Below, in pieces: positions 37,961-46,117 of a DNA stretch of 64,000 bases. The DNA comes from an uncultured Ruminococcus sp. (GTDB lineage Bacteria; Bacillota; Clostridia; Oscillospirales; Acutalibacteraceae): assembly GCA_902796225.1 (NCBI GenBank), contig CADBOO010000132.1:21188-85187 (forward strand). Reading direction: 5' to 3'. The notes beneath the pieces were generated by a model that worked only from the letters and a program-made list of their open reading frames with translations, was not told where the DNA came from and searched no databases. A program made the translations under genes and the position numbers. The first letter of the stretch is position 1, and every line of letters begins with the position of its first letter.

Positions 37961-38876
37961 CGTCGAACAGATCGCCGTCGTCGTCATCCATCGGAATCTC
38001 GACCGCATCGGTGGAATCCGGATGATGGGCGACCTCGTTGATGAACTCTGCGTCGTTCATTTGCTCTCCTGTGGCTTCCTCGAATACGATCTCGCCTTTG
38101 GGAGATATATCACCGGTAGAGTAATCACGGATAAACGCGTTTTGCATCTCCACCGACATGACGCCCCATTTGCTGATCAACTGGCGAAGCATGGTCTTCT
38201 TCGCCATAGCGTCGAAGTCTTTGTACCAGAACGAGGAATACTTCCACATATCCTTGTCCGGCACGTCGCCGTTGAGGATCTTCTGATACACCTCTCTGGA
38301 AAACGCCTTACTGTACTTGTCCGCGTGCGAGAGCATTTGCTCCTTAGTCCAGTAAATAGCCTTGCGGAATCCGTTGGTATACTCGAACATGGCATAATAG
38401 CCAATGGTCGGCGCCGCTTCTCTCTCGTCGGCGTCACCGATCAGAGTGACGTCGATCTCCTCAGTCAGAGGATCGAACTTATTCAACTCGCCCTGCTTGA
38501 TCTCGAGGACGTTCAGCTTCTTATAGCAGCCGGAGCGGATGGCCAACTGAATGTAGCCCTTGTAGCCGAGAATAAACTGTGCGTTTGTAGTTCCTGCCCG
38601 GTTATTCTTGAACGGTACCAGATAATAGTGTCCGATCTGCGGCGAGTGGGAGAGCTTCAAGCTCTCACCCAACAGGGCGCCGGACACAATGGAACCGGCA
38701 TCGCACTCCTGCAGAGCGGGAGTAGTAGCAACCGCTGACGATATCGCGGCGATAAACCGCTTTGCAGTATCAGGATCTCCGAGCGTATTACGGATAAGAT
38801 TCTGATATGCAGGTGTTGATAACGCAACCGAGAACTTAGGCTTCTGCTGTTGCGGTGACCTTTGTAAACTTGCCAT
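37953..38876 (-). CDS. recT: RecT recombinase
   Basis: GHYYLVPF, QFILGYKGYIQLAIRSG, FDAMAKKTMLRQL. Confidence 0.92.
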   Translation of the reverse strand: MASLQRSPQQQKPKFSVALSTPAYQNLIRNTLGDPDTAKRFIAAISSAVATTPALQECDAGSIVSGALLGESLKLSHSPQIGHYYLVPFKNNRAGTTNAQFILGYKGYIQLAIRSGCYKKLNVLEIKQGELNKFDPLTEEIDVTLIGDADEREAAPTIGYYAMFEYTNGFRKAIYWTKEQMLSHADKYSKAFSREVYQKILNGDVPDKDMWKYSSFWYKDFDAMAKKTMLRQLISKWGVMSVEMQNAFIRDYSTGDISPKGEIVFEEATGEQMNDAEFINEVAHHPDSTDAVEIPMDDDDGDLFDDD

Positions 38877-39834
38877 GGTGATGAATCTGAACTCCTTTCT
38901 CCTTGATGTATTCGATGATGTTTTTGATCTGCTCCTTTGTTCCGATGAGGGTGAATGTGCCCTCGTACAGTTGAAACTTTGATATAGGCCCCTCGATGGT
39001 AATGCCTACCGGCTCTGACGTGGGAGCCGCTACTGGTATAGGTGCTGGAGCCTCCACAGGAGGCTGTGTCGCGAGTTCTTCTTTATACACAGCCTCAACC
39101 TTAGCGGCGGCGGCAGCCTCTTCCTCGCGTTTTCTGCGCAGATCCTCAGCCCTCTTCCGTTCGGCTTCGATCAGCTTATGCCGGTTATTGACTTCGAGGA
39201 TCGCCCTGGATGCATCCAACGTCTTCTTATATTCGACGAGGATTTCATCGGCGCTTTCCTGCGTTTCAATTAACTGCAGATCTGCCTTGGCTCTGTCGAG
39301 GAACGCTTTGACCTGTTCCCTGTATTTCTTTTCGGATGTCGAAAGGTTGATCTCCAGCCCCAGCCGCTCGAAGGTGATGTAGTCCGGAATACTCAGCGTT
39401 TCAGCGTATTCGGCAAAGTATGCTCTGACGTTCGCCTCTTTTTCTGCCTTACGCGCATTCTCAACCTCGGAGATCCTCGCGCTGAGTATCTTGTCGGCTT
39501 CGGTAAAGGTCTTAGTCACGCAATCCTTGAACCTCTTTTCAAAGCGGTCATACGGTTCCGTGACTTTATTTTTGACCTCTTTACGCTTGGCGTCCAGTTC
39601 CTTAAGCTGCTTATTGAGCGCCGCTTTCTTCTTCTTGATCTGCTTGACGGTTTCATCTGTCACCGGCAGCGCGAGTACCTCGTTCACCATCTCGGTGATA
39701 GATCTCCGCATCGATTCAAGCTGTTCCTCGATGATAGGAAGTTGCTTGACGGTAATGAGTTTGGATACCGGTATAACCTCAACCGGATCCGATTCCGCTA
39801 CAGTCTCAGCCGTAGTTTCAACAAATTCTGCCAT
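38836..39834 (-). CDS. DUF1351-like coiled-coil protein
   Basis: AALNK...RKEVK...PYDRFE pattern; upstream of recT. Confidence 0.75.
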   Translation of the reverse strand: MAEFVETTAETVAESDPVEVIPVSKLITVKQLPIIEEQLESMRRSITEMVNEVLALPVTDETVKQIKKKKAALNKQLKELDAKRKEVKNKVTEPYDRFEKRFKDCVTKTFTEADKILSARISEVENARKAEKEANVRAYFAEYAETLSIPDYITFERLGLEINLSTSEKKYREQVKAFLDRAKADLQLIETQESADEILVEYKKTLDASRAILEVNNRHKLIEAERKRAEDLRRKREEEAAAAAKVEAVYKEELATQPPVEAPAPIPVAAPTSEPVGITIEGPISKFQLYEGTFTLIGTKEQIKNIIEYIKEKGVQIHHHGKFTKVTATAEA

Positions 39835-39861
39835 TTCTTTGTCCTTTCTTGAAAATAGTAC

Positions 39862-39890
39862 TTGCTTTTTCTCGCAAAGTGTGCTACACT
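39862..39890 (+). promoter_or_regulatory. Candidate antisense SigA promoter
   Basis: TTGCTT-17 nt-TACACT with TG extension. Confidence 0.5.
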
Positions 39891-40198
39891 ATTGGTGCAT
39901 TGATGAGTAGCACGGCGGCTTCGGCCTCGTGCTTCTTTTCTTTTTCCGGGATCCGGAAAGAGAATTTCATCGACCGCAGCACCTCGGCGATCAGCTGAGC
40001 GTAATACTTTGGCTCGACTCTTGCACCATTGGCGTCGCCCTCGCGCCCGATGATGAAGTCGAGCTTTCTTTTTGCTCTCGGCAGCGCCTCGGCGATCTCG
40101 GCGAGCGTGGCGCCGGTGTAGTACATCGGCAGGATCGCAACAGCGTCCCTGGCGTTCTTGTCGAGAACCAACATCTCGTAGACTTCCGCTGATGTCAT
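39884..40198 (-). CDS. Hypothetical phage protein
   Basis: GAAAGGAAG RBS before ATG 40198; AKRKLDFIIGREGDANGAR. Confidence 0.7.
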   Translation of the reverse strand: MTSAEVYEMLVLDKNARDAVAILPMYYTGATLAEIAEALPRAKRKLDFIIGREGDANGARVEPKYYAQLIAEVLRSMKFSFRIPEKEKKHEAEAAVLLINAPIV

Positions 40199-40264
40199 TG
40201 TTTCACTTCCTTTCGTTTTGGTATGGAGATGGCGGGCGGCGGCGATTCCTCGCAAACCGCCCGC

Positions 40265-40364
40265 TGGAACACCGAACAGGATTCGAACCTATGCCCTGCG
40301 GATATCAGACTAGTCACGCGTAGTGTAGCCCCATCCACCGCTCTACCGTCTGAGCTATCGGTGT
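40265..40364 (-). ncRNA. tRNA-like RNA with expanded (31-nt) anticodon loop
   Basis: Acceptor ACACCGA/TCGGTGT-T-CCA, D-arm GCTC-AGACGGTA-GAGC, stem GTGGA/TCCGC, T-arm ATAGG-TTCGAAT-CCTGT. Confidence 0.8.
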
Positions 40365-40430
40365 AGATGTGAGGGTGATATACCGCACCCTCGTCGGTTT
40401 GTCAGGAAATAAAAATGCAAAAGAAGTACG

Positions 40431-40527
40431 TGGTGGGAAAGGCAGGACTCGAACCTGCAGTACAGCATATTTGCTTGCTTTTCCTTTGGGGAGTGCACAA
40501 CTTTTTTACCCATTAAGCTACTTTCCC
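40431..40527 (-). ncRNA. tRNA-like RNA with aberrant anticodon domain
   Basis: Acceptor GGGAAAG/CTTTCCC-A-CCA, T-arm GCAGG-TTCGAGT-CCTGC, D-arm GCTT/AAGT; no canonical 7-nt anticodon loop. Confidence 0.75.
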
Positions 40528-40716
40528 ATGATGCGGTCTTTCCCGCCGTCATCCGATCGCCCGGCTATCGGAGTCGCCTGAGTCTGTTCACGCGGATGTA
40601 TAGTATGCACAGCGTTTTTTCTCATAATTGGAGGTTCAGAAAAAGTTGCAATCAGCCTACGGCTCCAGCTGATCAACGTGTGTGCGTGAACGTGGGGCAA
40701 AATGAATAAAGGATTT

Positions 40717-40777
40717 GGGAGCCGCGGGAATCGAACCCGCACGGGAGAAAACCCAAGAACCCGCTGCCTATGCTCCC
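40717..40777 (-). ncRNA. Truncated tRNA-like element
   Basis: GGGAGC/GCTCCC acceptor-like stem plus T-arm GCGGG-TTCGATT-CCCGC; no D-arm and no encoded CCA. Confidence 0.55.
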
Positions 40778-40800
40778 ATATATGCCCGACTGTTGTCGGG

Positions 40801-41373
40801 CTATCTTACTTTGAGATAAAAGCTCTGGTGACGGTTGATCCGCTGCTTGAACGTGACCACCGGATAAATATCGGCAGGATAGCAGGCTTTTTTGTGTCCC
40901 CATCTGCCAAAGCTGTCGGCGATTGCGACGCTCTGATCTCCGATATGTTTCTCTCTCGAGAAAATCCGCCTGCACTTCAACGGCGTCATCGTCCACGCCC
41001 AATCGCGGATATTCAGATGCTTTCGATACTTCACCATCTCCTGCTGGGTGAGGAGCCGGACATAACCGCGTGTCATGCCATAATCGCGGTGACCGTCATT
41101 ATCCACGATGTCGGTACTCATTTTGACGAAGTAATCAATATCGGTGTCGTTCTCGATCATTGAGCCGAAAAACACATGAGATAACAGGCTTCTGATCGAT
41201 GCGTCGCCGAAATCATTGGTGCAGTCGCGTTCGGTCTTTTCATCGAACGGTGCCCGTTTCCAACGCCTCGTCCTGATACACAAGACGTCACCGTTTGCTT
41301 TATCAATATCCAGCACCTTGAATTCCTGTCCCAGAGCGCCGAACCGATCTCCGGGAACTAAGACTCTACACAT
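40801..41373 (-). CDS. Hypothetical phage protein
   Basis: PGDRF...FKVLD, ASIRSLL, VRLLT...Y, WAWTMTP motifs; AAGGAG RBS. Confidence 0.7.
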   Translation of the reverse strand: MCRVLVPGDRFGALGQEFKVLDIDKANGDVLCIRTRRWKRAPFDEKTERDCTNDFGDASIRSLLSHVFFGSMIENDTDIDYFVKMSTDIVDNDGHRDYGMTRGYVRLLTQQEMVKYRKHLNIRDWAWTMTPLKCRRIFSREKHIGDQSVAIADSFGRWGHKKACYPADIYPVVTFKQRINRHQSFYLKVR

Positions 41374-41702
41374 GTTGATACTCCTTTGTTTGATTCTTGG
41401 GTGATCATATTGATCACTAATTCGGCGCCATCACGGGAAAATGTCCTCAGGTCTGATAACCCATTCGAGGAATCGTACAGATAAGCGACTCCGTATATGT
41501 TTCTCATGATCGCCCGATGGATGATCCATGAGGCGGTCATATTGAGCCCGACAGCGTTTGACGTTGATACAGCGTGCTTTCCTACAACCGCTACGCCGTC
41601 GATGATGGTCGGATATACCTCGGGCTTCTTGACGCCACCCATGAACTTTGCCGGACAGATCTCGATTTCGCCTGTCGGCGGGATCCTGACGATGTATTTC
41701 AT
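41358..41702 (-). CDS. Hypothetical phage protein
   Basis: Start MKYIVRI at 41702; NMTAS...IYGVA. Confidence 0.6.
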   Translation of the reverse strand: MKYIVRIPPTGEIEICPAKFMGGVKKPEVYPTIIDGVAVVGKHAVSTSNAVGLNMTASWIIHRAIMRNIYGVAYLYDSSNGLSDLRTFSRDGAELVINMITQESNKGVSTCVES

Positions 41703-41908
41703 CACGCAGCCCCTTTCTGCAGAAATGTCTCGCATTCCTTGAGATTGAGGTTGAAGCGCTCGCAGAAGTAGGTCTTCTGTATGCGCCCTGCCGGAGGCGC
41801 GAAATACCCTTTTGCTTCAAGCTCTTCCCTCAGCTTCCGGATGATCTTGTATGCGTTGTTCTCGCCGGTATGAAGAATAGCCATAACCTGTTCTACGCCA
41901 TAAAACAT
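41702..41908 (-). CDS. Excisionase-like winged-HTH protein
   Basis: VEQVMAIL...AYKIIRKLREELEAKGY...GRI...YFCERF. Confidence 0.75.
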   Translation of the reverse strand: MFYGVEQVMAILHTGENNAYKIIRKLREELEAKGYFAPPAGRIQKTYFCERFNLNLKECETFLQKGAA

Positions 41909-41912
41909 ATTG

Positions 41913-42401
41913 CTACCTCTTCTTTCTGTTCTTCTCGGCGTACACCTTTAATTCCTGCGCCCTCTTTGAAATTCCGTCGAGGTTTTCCAGAATCTTGTTG
42001 AAATCTGCTTCCTCGTCATCGGTGATCTGACCGTCTGCCGCAATCTCGATCAGCCTGTTCTTCAGCCGGTCAAGCATATTCATCTCGGCAAGGATGTTCA
42101 ATGTGATCCCCTCGAGCTGTTCCGAGTACACCGGATGAATGTCGATCGCGCCGATCGGGCATTGGTAATGGCAGTAATAAGAGCGAAGATCCGGAGCGTT
42201 GTAGAGCTCTGCCATCAGGCAAACGCTCTCCGGCGGGATCCGTTTACAGGTGCCGAGTTCATATTCCGTCAACTGAGACAGCGACATATTCATCATTTCC
42301 GCTGTCTTCTCTCGACTGTTGAACCGGTAATCTGTTAAAGCAGCCTGTAACCTCTTCTGACAATAGATGTTATCTGCCGCTTTCGTGGGCTTTTTCCCCA
42401 T
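41913..42401 (-). CDS. HTH transcriptional regulator (CII-like)
   Basis: SREKTAEMM...YELG, YCHYQCPIG, IAADGQIT. Confidence 0.75.
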   Translation of the reverse strand: MGKKPTKAADNIYCQKRLQAALTDYRFNSREKTAEMMNMSLSQLTEYELGTCKRIPPESVCLMAELYNAPDLRSYYCHYQCPIGAIDIHPVYSEQLEGITLNILAEMNMLDRLKNRLIEIAADGQITDDEEADFNKILENLDGISKRAQELKVYAEKNRKKR

Positions 42402-42433
42402 TTATCTCACCTTCCTGTAGTGATATACTTAAA

Positions 42434-42631
42434 TCAATGAACGAGATCGTCGACCTTGCATTTGAAAGCCTTTGCAAGAGCAATCAGCGTTTCAACTCCG
42501 GGCTTTTTCTCTCCTGATTCGATGGCATATATCATCGACGAGGATACCCCAACCTTATTGCCGAGCTCTGTGCCGGTCATGTTCATCTGCTTTCGCCGAG
42601 AAAACACATTATTGCCGATTGTGTTACTCAT
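42434..42631 (-). CDS. Cro-like XRE HTH regulator
   Basis: 65 aa HTH_3 (ELGNKVGVSSSMIYAIESG). Confidence 0.88.
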   Translation of the reverse strand: MSNTIGNNVFSRRKQMNMTGTELGNKVGVSSSMIYAIESGEKKPGVETLIALAKAFKCKVDDLVH

Positions 42632-42882
42632 GCAGCTTTCACCTCCTCAATTTCAAAATGGATACGAGAATATAACAGTTTTGAGTTGTCGTACATCTGT
42701 CTTAATCTTTCAACGACGGCTTTTGCCTCTTCCCTATCGTTGAATTCCTTGCGGTCATCAAAGCTGAACCGCGGCAAACCGTATTTGCCGAATCCAACAA
42801 AGTATTCATCATCGTACTCGTAATCGAATTCTCCGTACTCATCTATGTGCGGTGTTCTGGTGACTTTTACGATAACGAACAT
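42628..42882 (-). CDS. Hypothetical protein, first early-operon gene
   Basis: AGAGGT RBS before ATG 42882; overlaps the Cro start. Confidence 0.65.
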   Translation of the reverse strand: MFVIVKVTRTPHIDEYGEFDYEYDDEYFVGFGKYGLPRFSFDDRKEFNDREEAKAVVERLRQMYDNSKLLYSRIHFEIEEVKAA

Positions 42883-42942
42883 AAAATTACCTCTTTCGTA
42901 TTGCACCTTGACAATTTATGTGCTAAGATATTTGTAACTAAC

Positions 42943-43124
42943 GGTTGGATTATCGTCATGTTTTTTGACCAACCCTTTGAGATAAACTGCTCAGGTTCGC
43001 AAGCTCAACAGTTTACCTCACGGTATTGGTCGCTTGTTTGAGGCAGAACAGTCAGGACGGCGTCTTGTAGATACGCGAAAAGTCCGAATGACTGTTCCAT
43101 GTTAACGATGCAGGTTATCCAACC
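42943..43124 (-). ncRNA. Candidate structured leader RNA
   Basis: Seven nested helices closed by GGTTGGAT/ATCCAACC, just downstream of the leftward promoter. Confidence 0.6.
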
Positions 43125-43133
43125 TACGGTATT

Positions 43134-43162
43134 ATAATAATACCTTTTTTCGGTACTGTCAA
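43134..43162 (-). promoter_or_regulatory. Leftward early (lytic) promoter
   Basis: TTGACA-17 nt-TATTAT with an operator in the spacer. Confidence 0.75.
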
Positions 43163-43185
43163 TAGAAATGTACCTATTTTCGGTA
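43141..43185. promoter_or_regulatory. Two repressor-operator candidates TACC-N7-GGTA
   Basis: TACCTTTTTTCGGTA (43141-43155) and TACCTATTTTCGGTA (43171-43185) between the divergent Cro and CI genes. Confidence 0.75.
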
Positions 43186-43219
43186 TTTTGTGATATTATA
43201 CAAAAAGGCGGTGCTTATT

Positions 43220-43555
43220 TTGGGTACTTTGGATAGAATAATTGACCTTCTCAAAGAACAAAAGGTATCACAAAAAGAGTTGTGCGAGCACTTAGGAATT
43301 AAGAAAAATGCTTTTACTAATTGGAAAAGTGGACAAAACAACTCATATATGAAACACCTTCCGCAAATTGCTGAATACCTTGACGTTTCGGTTGATTATC
43401 TTCTTTGCAAAACCGAAATAAGAAAAGGAGCTGCCCCTACGGAACAGCCCCTTACTCCCATGCAGGAAAAAGCCTTTAATATGATTCTGAGTCTTCCGGA
43501 CTCTGCCCTTGAAGACTTAATGGGTTTTCTTGACGCTCTTCAAGATAAGCAATAA
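43220..43555 (+). CDS. CI-like XRE repressor (no peptidase domain)
   Basis: SQKELCEHLGI...WKSG...IAEYLDVSVDYLL; probable TTG start at 43220. Confidence 0.88.
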   Translation: MGTLDRIIDLLKEQKVSQKELCEHLGIKKNAFTNWKSGQNNSYMKHLPQIAEYLDVSVDYLLCKTEIRKGAAPTEQPLTPMQEKAFNMILSLPDSALEDLMGFLDALQDKQ

Positions 43556-43619
43556 CCTTTTGCAGATCTTCATCGTCCAGCGCGAGGATCTTCTTGATCA
43601 CCTGTTGCCGTAAATCCAT
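43476..43619 (-). CDS. 47-aa antisense ORF resembling the repressor C-terminal helices (candidate antirepressor)
   Basis: AAGGAG RBS; MDLRQQVIKKILALDDEDLQKVIAYLEERQE...; upstream ATGACG-17-TATAGT promoter-like sequence. Confidence 0.65.
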   Translation of the reverse strand: MDLRQQVIKKILALDDEDLQKVIAYLEERQENPLSLQGQSPEDSESY

Positions 43620-43704
43620 GTCACCAGCTCCTTTGCGAGCTTTACTATACCAAATAATTACAAATCCGTCATAATTCTGTAAAGGAATTACCAGAAACGA
43701 AAGG

Positions 43705-44151
43705 ATGAAACAGATGGATGAATTAAGAGAAAAGTATATCCGAGCCTGTCAATGTAAACCTTCTCTTGAAATAAACTTTGTACGCTCACATATAAATACG
43801 GTAGTTGGTTTCATACCTACTGCTCGTTTTGAATCTCAAATAGCTGTATTGAACGATGATTTCATTATACTGTTTCGTTACGATGTTAATGCCTATATCG
43901 GTGCATGTGCAATATCTGACGACGGAGAATATATTGCATGGCAAACTGCTTACGCTCGTACTGAGGATGGCGCTTCTGTATTCCTTTATGATGTTATAAA
44001 TAGTCAATTACTCTTTCGAACAGCAGAGTCTTTACCTATTAAGTATTTGAATGGAATGTATATTGAGAGAAAAAATGAAGATATTCTCTTGTATTGCCAT
44101 TACAAAGATAAAACTGTCATTTATGATCAAAAAGGTCAAATAGTTTTTTGA
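43705..44151 (+). CDS. Hypothetical AT-rich moron protein
   Basis: 148 aa, beta-rich (AISDDGEYIAW), in the lysogeny module. Confidence 0.65.
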   Translation: MKQMDELREKYIRACQCKPSLEINFVRSHINTVVGFIPTARFESQIAVLNDDFIILFRYDVNAYIGACAISDDGEYIAWQTAYARTEDGASVFLYDVINSQLLFRTAESLPIKYLNGMYIERKNEDILLYCHYKDKTVIYDQKGQIVF

Positions 44152-44166
44152 TCACGGGGTATTGTC

Positions 44167-44535
44167 ATGAAAAGAACTATTGCATTGATAATCGCCGCTA
44201 CGGTATTGTGCTTCACTCTTGTCGGCTGCGGAGGCGGAAAACCAAATGACGTCAGCCAAGAGATGTATGATGTCGGTATCGCTGCACTCCAAGTTGCTGA
44301 CGATTATATGGCTTACAAGATTTCCGGAGAAGAAGCCAAATCGAAAATTGAAGCGATTAGTGATGATGCAGATACTATTTATGACCGCAATAAGGAAACG
44401 AAATATGAAACAGATTATGTGTTAGCCGCTTCAATAAATGCGCTGTCTGCCGCTATATCCCTTGCGAATTGGAATGGTGTTCCATCAGATGTAAAAGAGC
44501 AGCGAGATAGAGTTGCCAAATATCTCGGAAAATAA
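44167..44535 (+). CDS. Prophage lipoprotein
   Basis: Signal peptide and lipobox LVG-C. Confidence 0.8.
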   Translation: MKRTIALIIAATVLCFTLVGCGGGKPNDVSQEMYDVGIAALQVADDYMAYKISGEEAKSKIEAISDDADTIYDRNKETKYETDYVLAASINALSAAISLANWNGVPSDVKEQRDRVAKYLGK

Positions 44536-44586
44536 CAAAAAACGAGCCACGCTTCAAGCGTGGCTCTAATAAATAGGAGTGAAATT

Positions 44587-44808
44587 ATGACGGAAAACGG
44601 TATGCTCTTACGAAACACGGAAGAACTGACCGAAGAAGAGTGGAATAACCTTGACGATCTGCTCCGGTTCGGGAATGATCTGCTCGATGATTCAGAAAAG
44701 TCTGTAATGCTACAGACCTTGAAAAAGATAATTGCCGCTACGAATTATGAAGAAATTACGCTGCACGTTCTGCAAGCGTTCATTCAGCTACACCAGGAAA
44801 GGAGGTGA
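44587..44808 (+). CDS. Hypothetical protein
   Basis: AGGAG RBS before ATG 44587. Confidence 0.5.
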   Translation: MTENGMLLRNTEELTEEEWNNLDDLLRFGNDLLDDSEKSVMLQTLKKIIAATNYEEITLHVLQAFIQLHQERR

Positions 44809-44812
44809 AACT

Positions 44813-45964
44813 ATGCCCGCCTACAAGGATGAGGAAAGGGGTACATGGTATGTCAAATGCTACTATACCGACTATTACGGACGAAAGCAGCAGAAGAAAA
44901 AGCGCGGCTTCAAAACAAAGCGTGAAGCGAAGGCATGGGAAGACAATTTTCTCGCAAACGAGTCACGATTGCCGGAAACAATCTTCAAGGATGTGATCTC
45001 TCAATACCTGGATGATACAAAAGATAAAATCGCTCCATCGACTTTGACATACAAAAAACAAGTGATTGAAGTATATATCATGCCGGTGTTTGGTGAAATT
45101 GAGATTTGTAAAATAACGCCGGAAATGGTTCTGTCATGGCAAAAGGATCTAATGAAAACGCCATGCAGAAAAAGAAAGGCACAGAAACTAAGTCCTACGA
45201 CGGTAAACCATATCACCGCCCAGCTTTCGGCAATCTTCAACTACGCTGTAAAATACTATAATGTCTCGAAAAACCCTGTATCCATTATCGACAGATTGAA
45301 AGGCGAATCTAAGACAATGGATTTCTGGGAAGTCAATCAATTCAAGAGAGCCCTTACATGGATCTCAAATCCGGAAATGCACCTGATTTTTCAAATGCTG
45401 TTCTTCGGCGGCTTCCGGATCAGCGAGCTTCTGGCTCTCACGCCAGGTGATCTACAAAAAAATGAAAGGGCTGTTTTCATCAATAAAACATATAAGCTTG
45501 ATGATGGTAAATGGATCAAGGGTCCCCCTAAATCAAAGAATAGTACAAGATTGGTTGCACTTCCAGACTTTCTATGGGATGAATTAGAATCTTTTGTAAG
45601 ACGGCAATACCATCTTAATCAGAATATGGACATTTTTACTGTTTCGAGATCAACGATCAGAGCACGGCTCGAATATATTGCTGAACAAACAAGTCTACCG
45701 CGTATCAGAATACATGATCTACGGCATAGTCATGTATCGTATCTAATCAATTTGGGGTTTACAATATACGAAATTGCTGATAGAATAGGTGACACACCAA
45801 CTGTTGTCGAGCGCATTTATTCACACATGTATCAAAGTCGGAGGCTTGAAATTGCCGATCGGATTCAAAGAGAAAACTCAGAAAATAATGATATTAGTAC
45901 CAAATTAGTACCACAGCGACTTTTGAGATCTAAAGACTACCAGTATTTACCTAGAAAGTTCTGA
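44813..45964 (+). CDS. Tyrosine integrase
   Basis: AAGGAGG RBS; arm-binding N-terminus KKRGFKTKREA, GFRISELLAL, PKS, HDLRH, IYSH. Confidence 0.95.
   Translation: MPAYKDEERGTWYVKCYYTDYYGRKQQKKKRGFKTKREAKAWEDNFLANESRLPETIFKDVISQYLDDTKDKIAPSTLTYKKQVIEVYIMPVFGEIEICKITPEMVLSWQKDLMKTPCRKRKAQKLSPTTVNHITAQLSAIFNYAVKYYNVSKNPVSIIDRLKGESKTMDFWEVNQFKRALTWISNPEMHLIFQMLFFGGFRISELLALTPGDLQKNERAVFINKTYKLDDGKWIKGPPKSKNSTRLVALPDFLWDELESFVRRQYHLNQNMDIFTVSRSTIRARLEYIAEQTSLPRIRIHDLRHSHVSYLINLGFTIYEIADRIGDTPTVVERIYSHMYQSRRLEIADRIQRENSENNDISTKLVPQRLLRSKDYQYLPRKF
45893..45913 (+). repeat. ATTAGTACCA direct repeat, candidate integrase arm-type sites
   Basis: Two 10-bp copies at 11-bp spacing at the integrase 3' end. 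Confidence 0.6.
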
Positions 45965-46117
45965 ATATCTGAACAAATTGTGAATTTGATAAATTTTTTA
46001 CACAAGATATAGACAAATTGCGATTTTTGGTGTATATTATATGAGTTAATTAATACTATATTGAGGAAGTATGCAACCGCAAATCCTCGATACGGTAAAC
46101 AAAGGACGGTAATCAAA

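Larger units (their letters stand above)
1..45964 (-). mobile_element. Temperate prophage, PBSX/skin-like myovirus (left end outside window)
   Basis: Contiguous minus-strand tail, head, terminase, replication and Cro modules, then divergent repressor and tyrosine integrase. Host-type genes start at 46118. Exact att core not identified. Confidence 0.95.

Noticed and set aside
40221-40264. HDV-like (theta) ribozyme downstream of the tRNA-like element
   Set aside because: The sequence forms a simple hairpin; I could not build the nested double pseudoknot.
40355-40742. Short ORFs called across the tRNA-like cassette
   Set aside because: No convincing RBS; the sequence is better explained by RNA structure.
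40265-40777. Functional decoding tRNAs
   Set aside because: None has a canonical 7-nt anticodon loop with U33, so no amino acid was assigned.
45780-45830. Inactive integrase because of IGD in place of LGH
   Set aside because: R, K, HxxR and Y catalytic residues are present and this position is known to vary.
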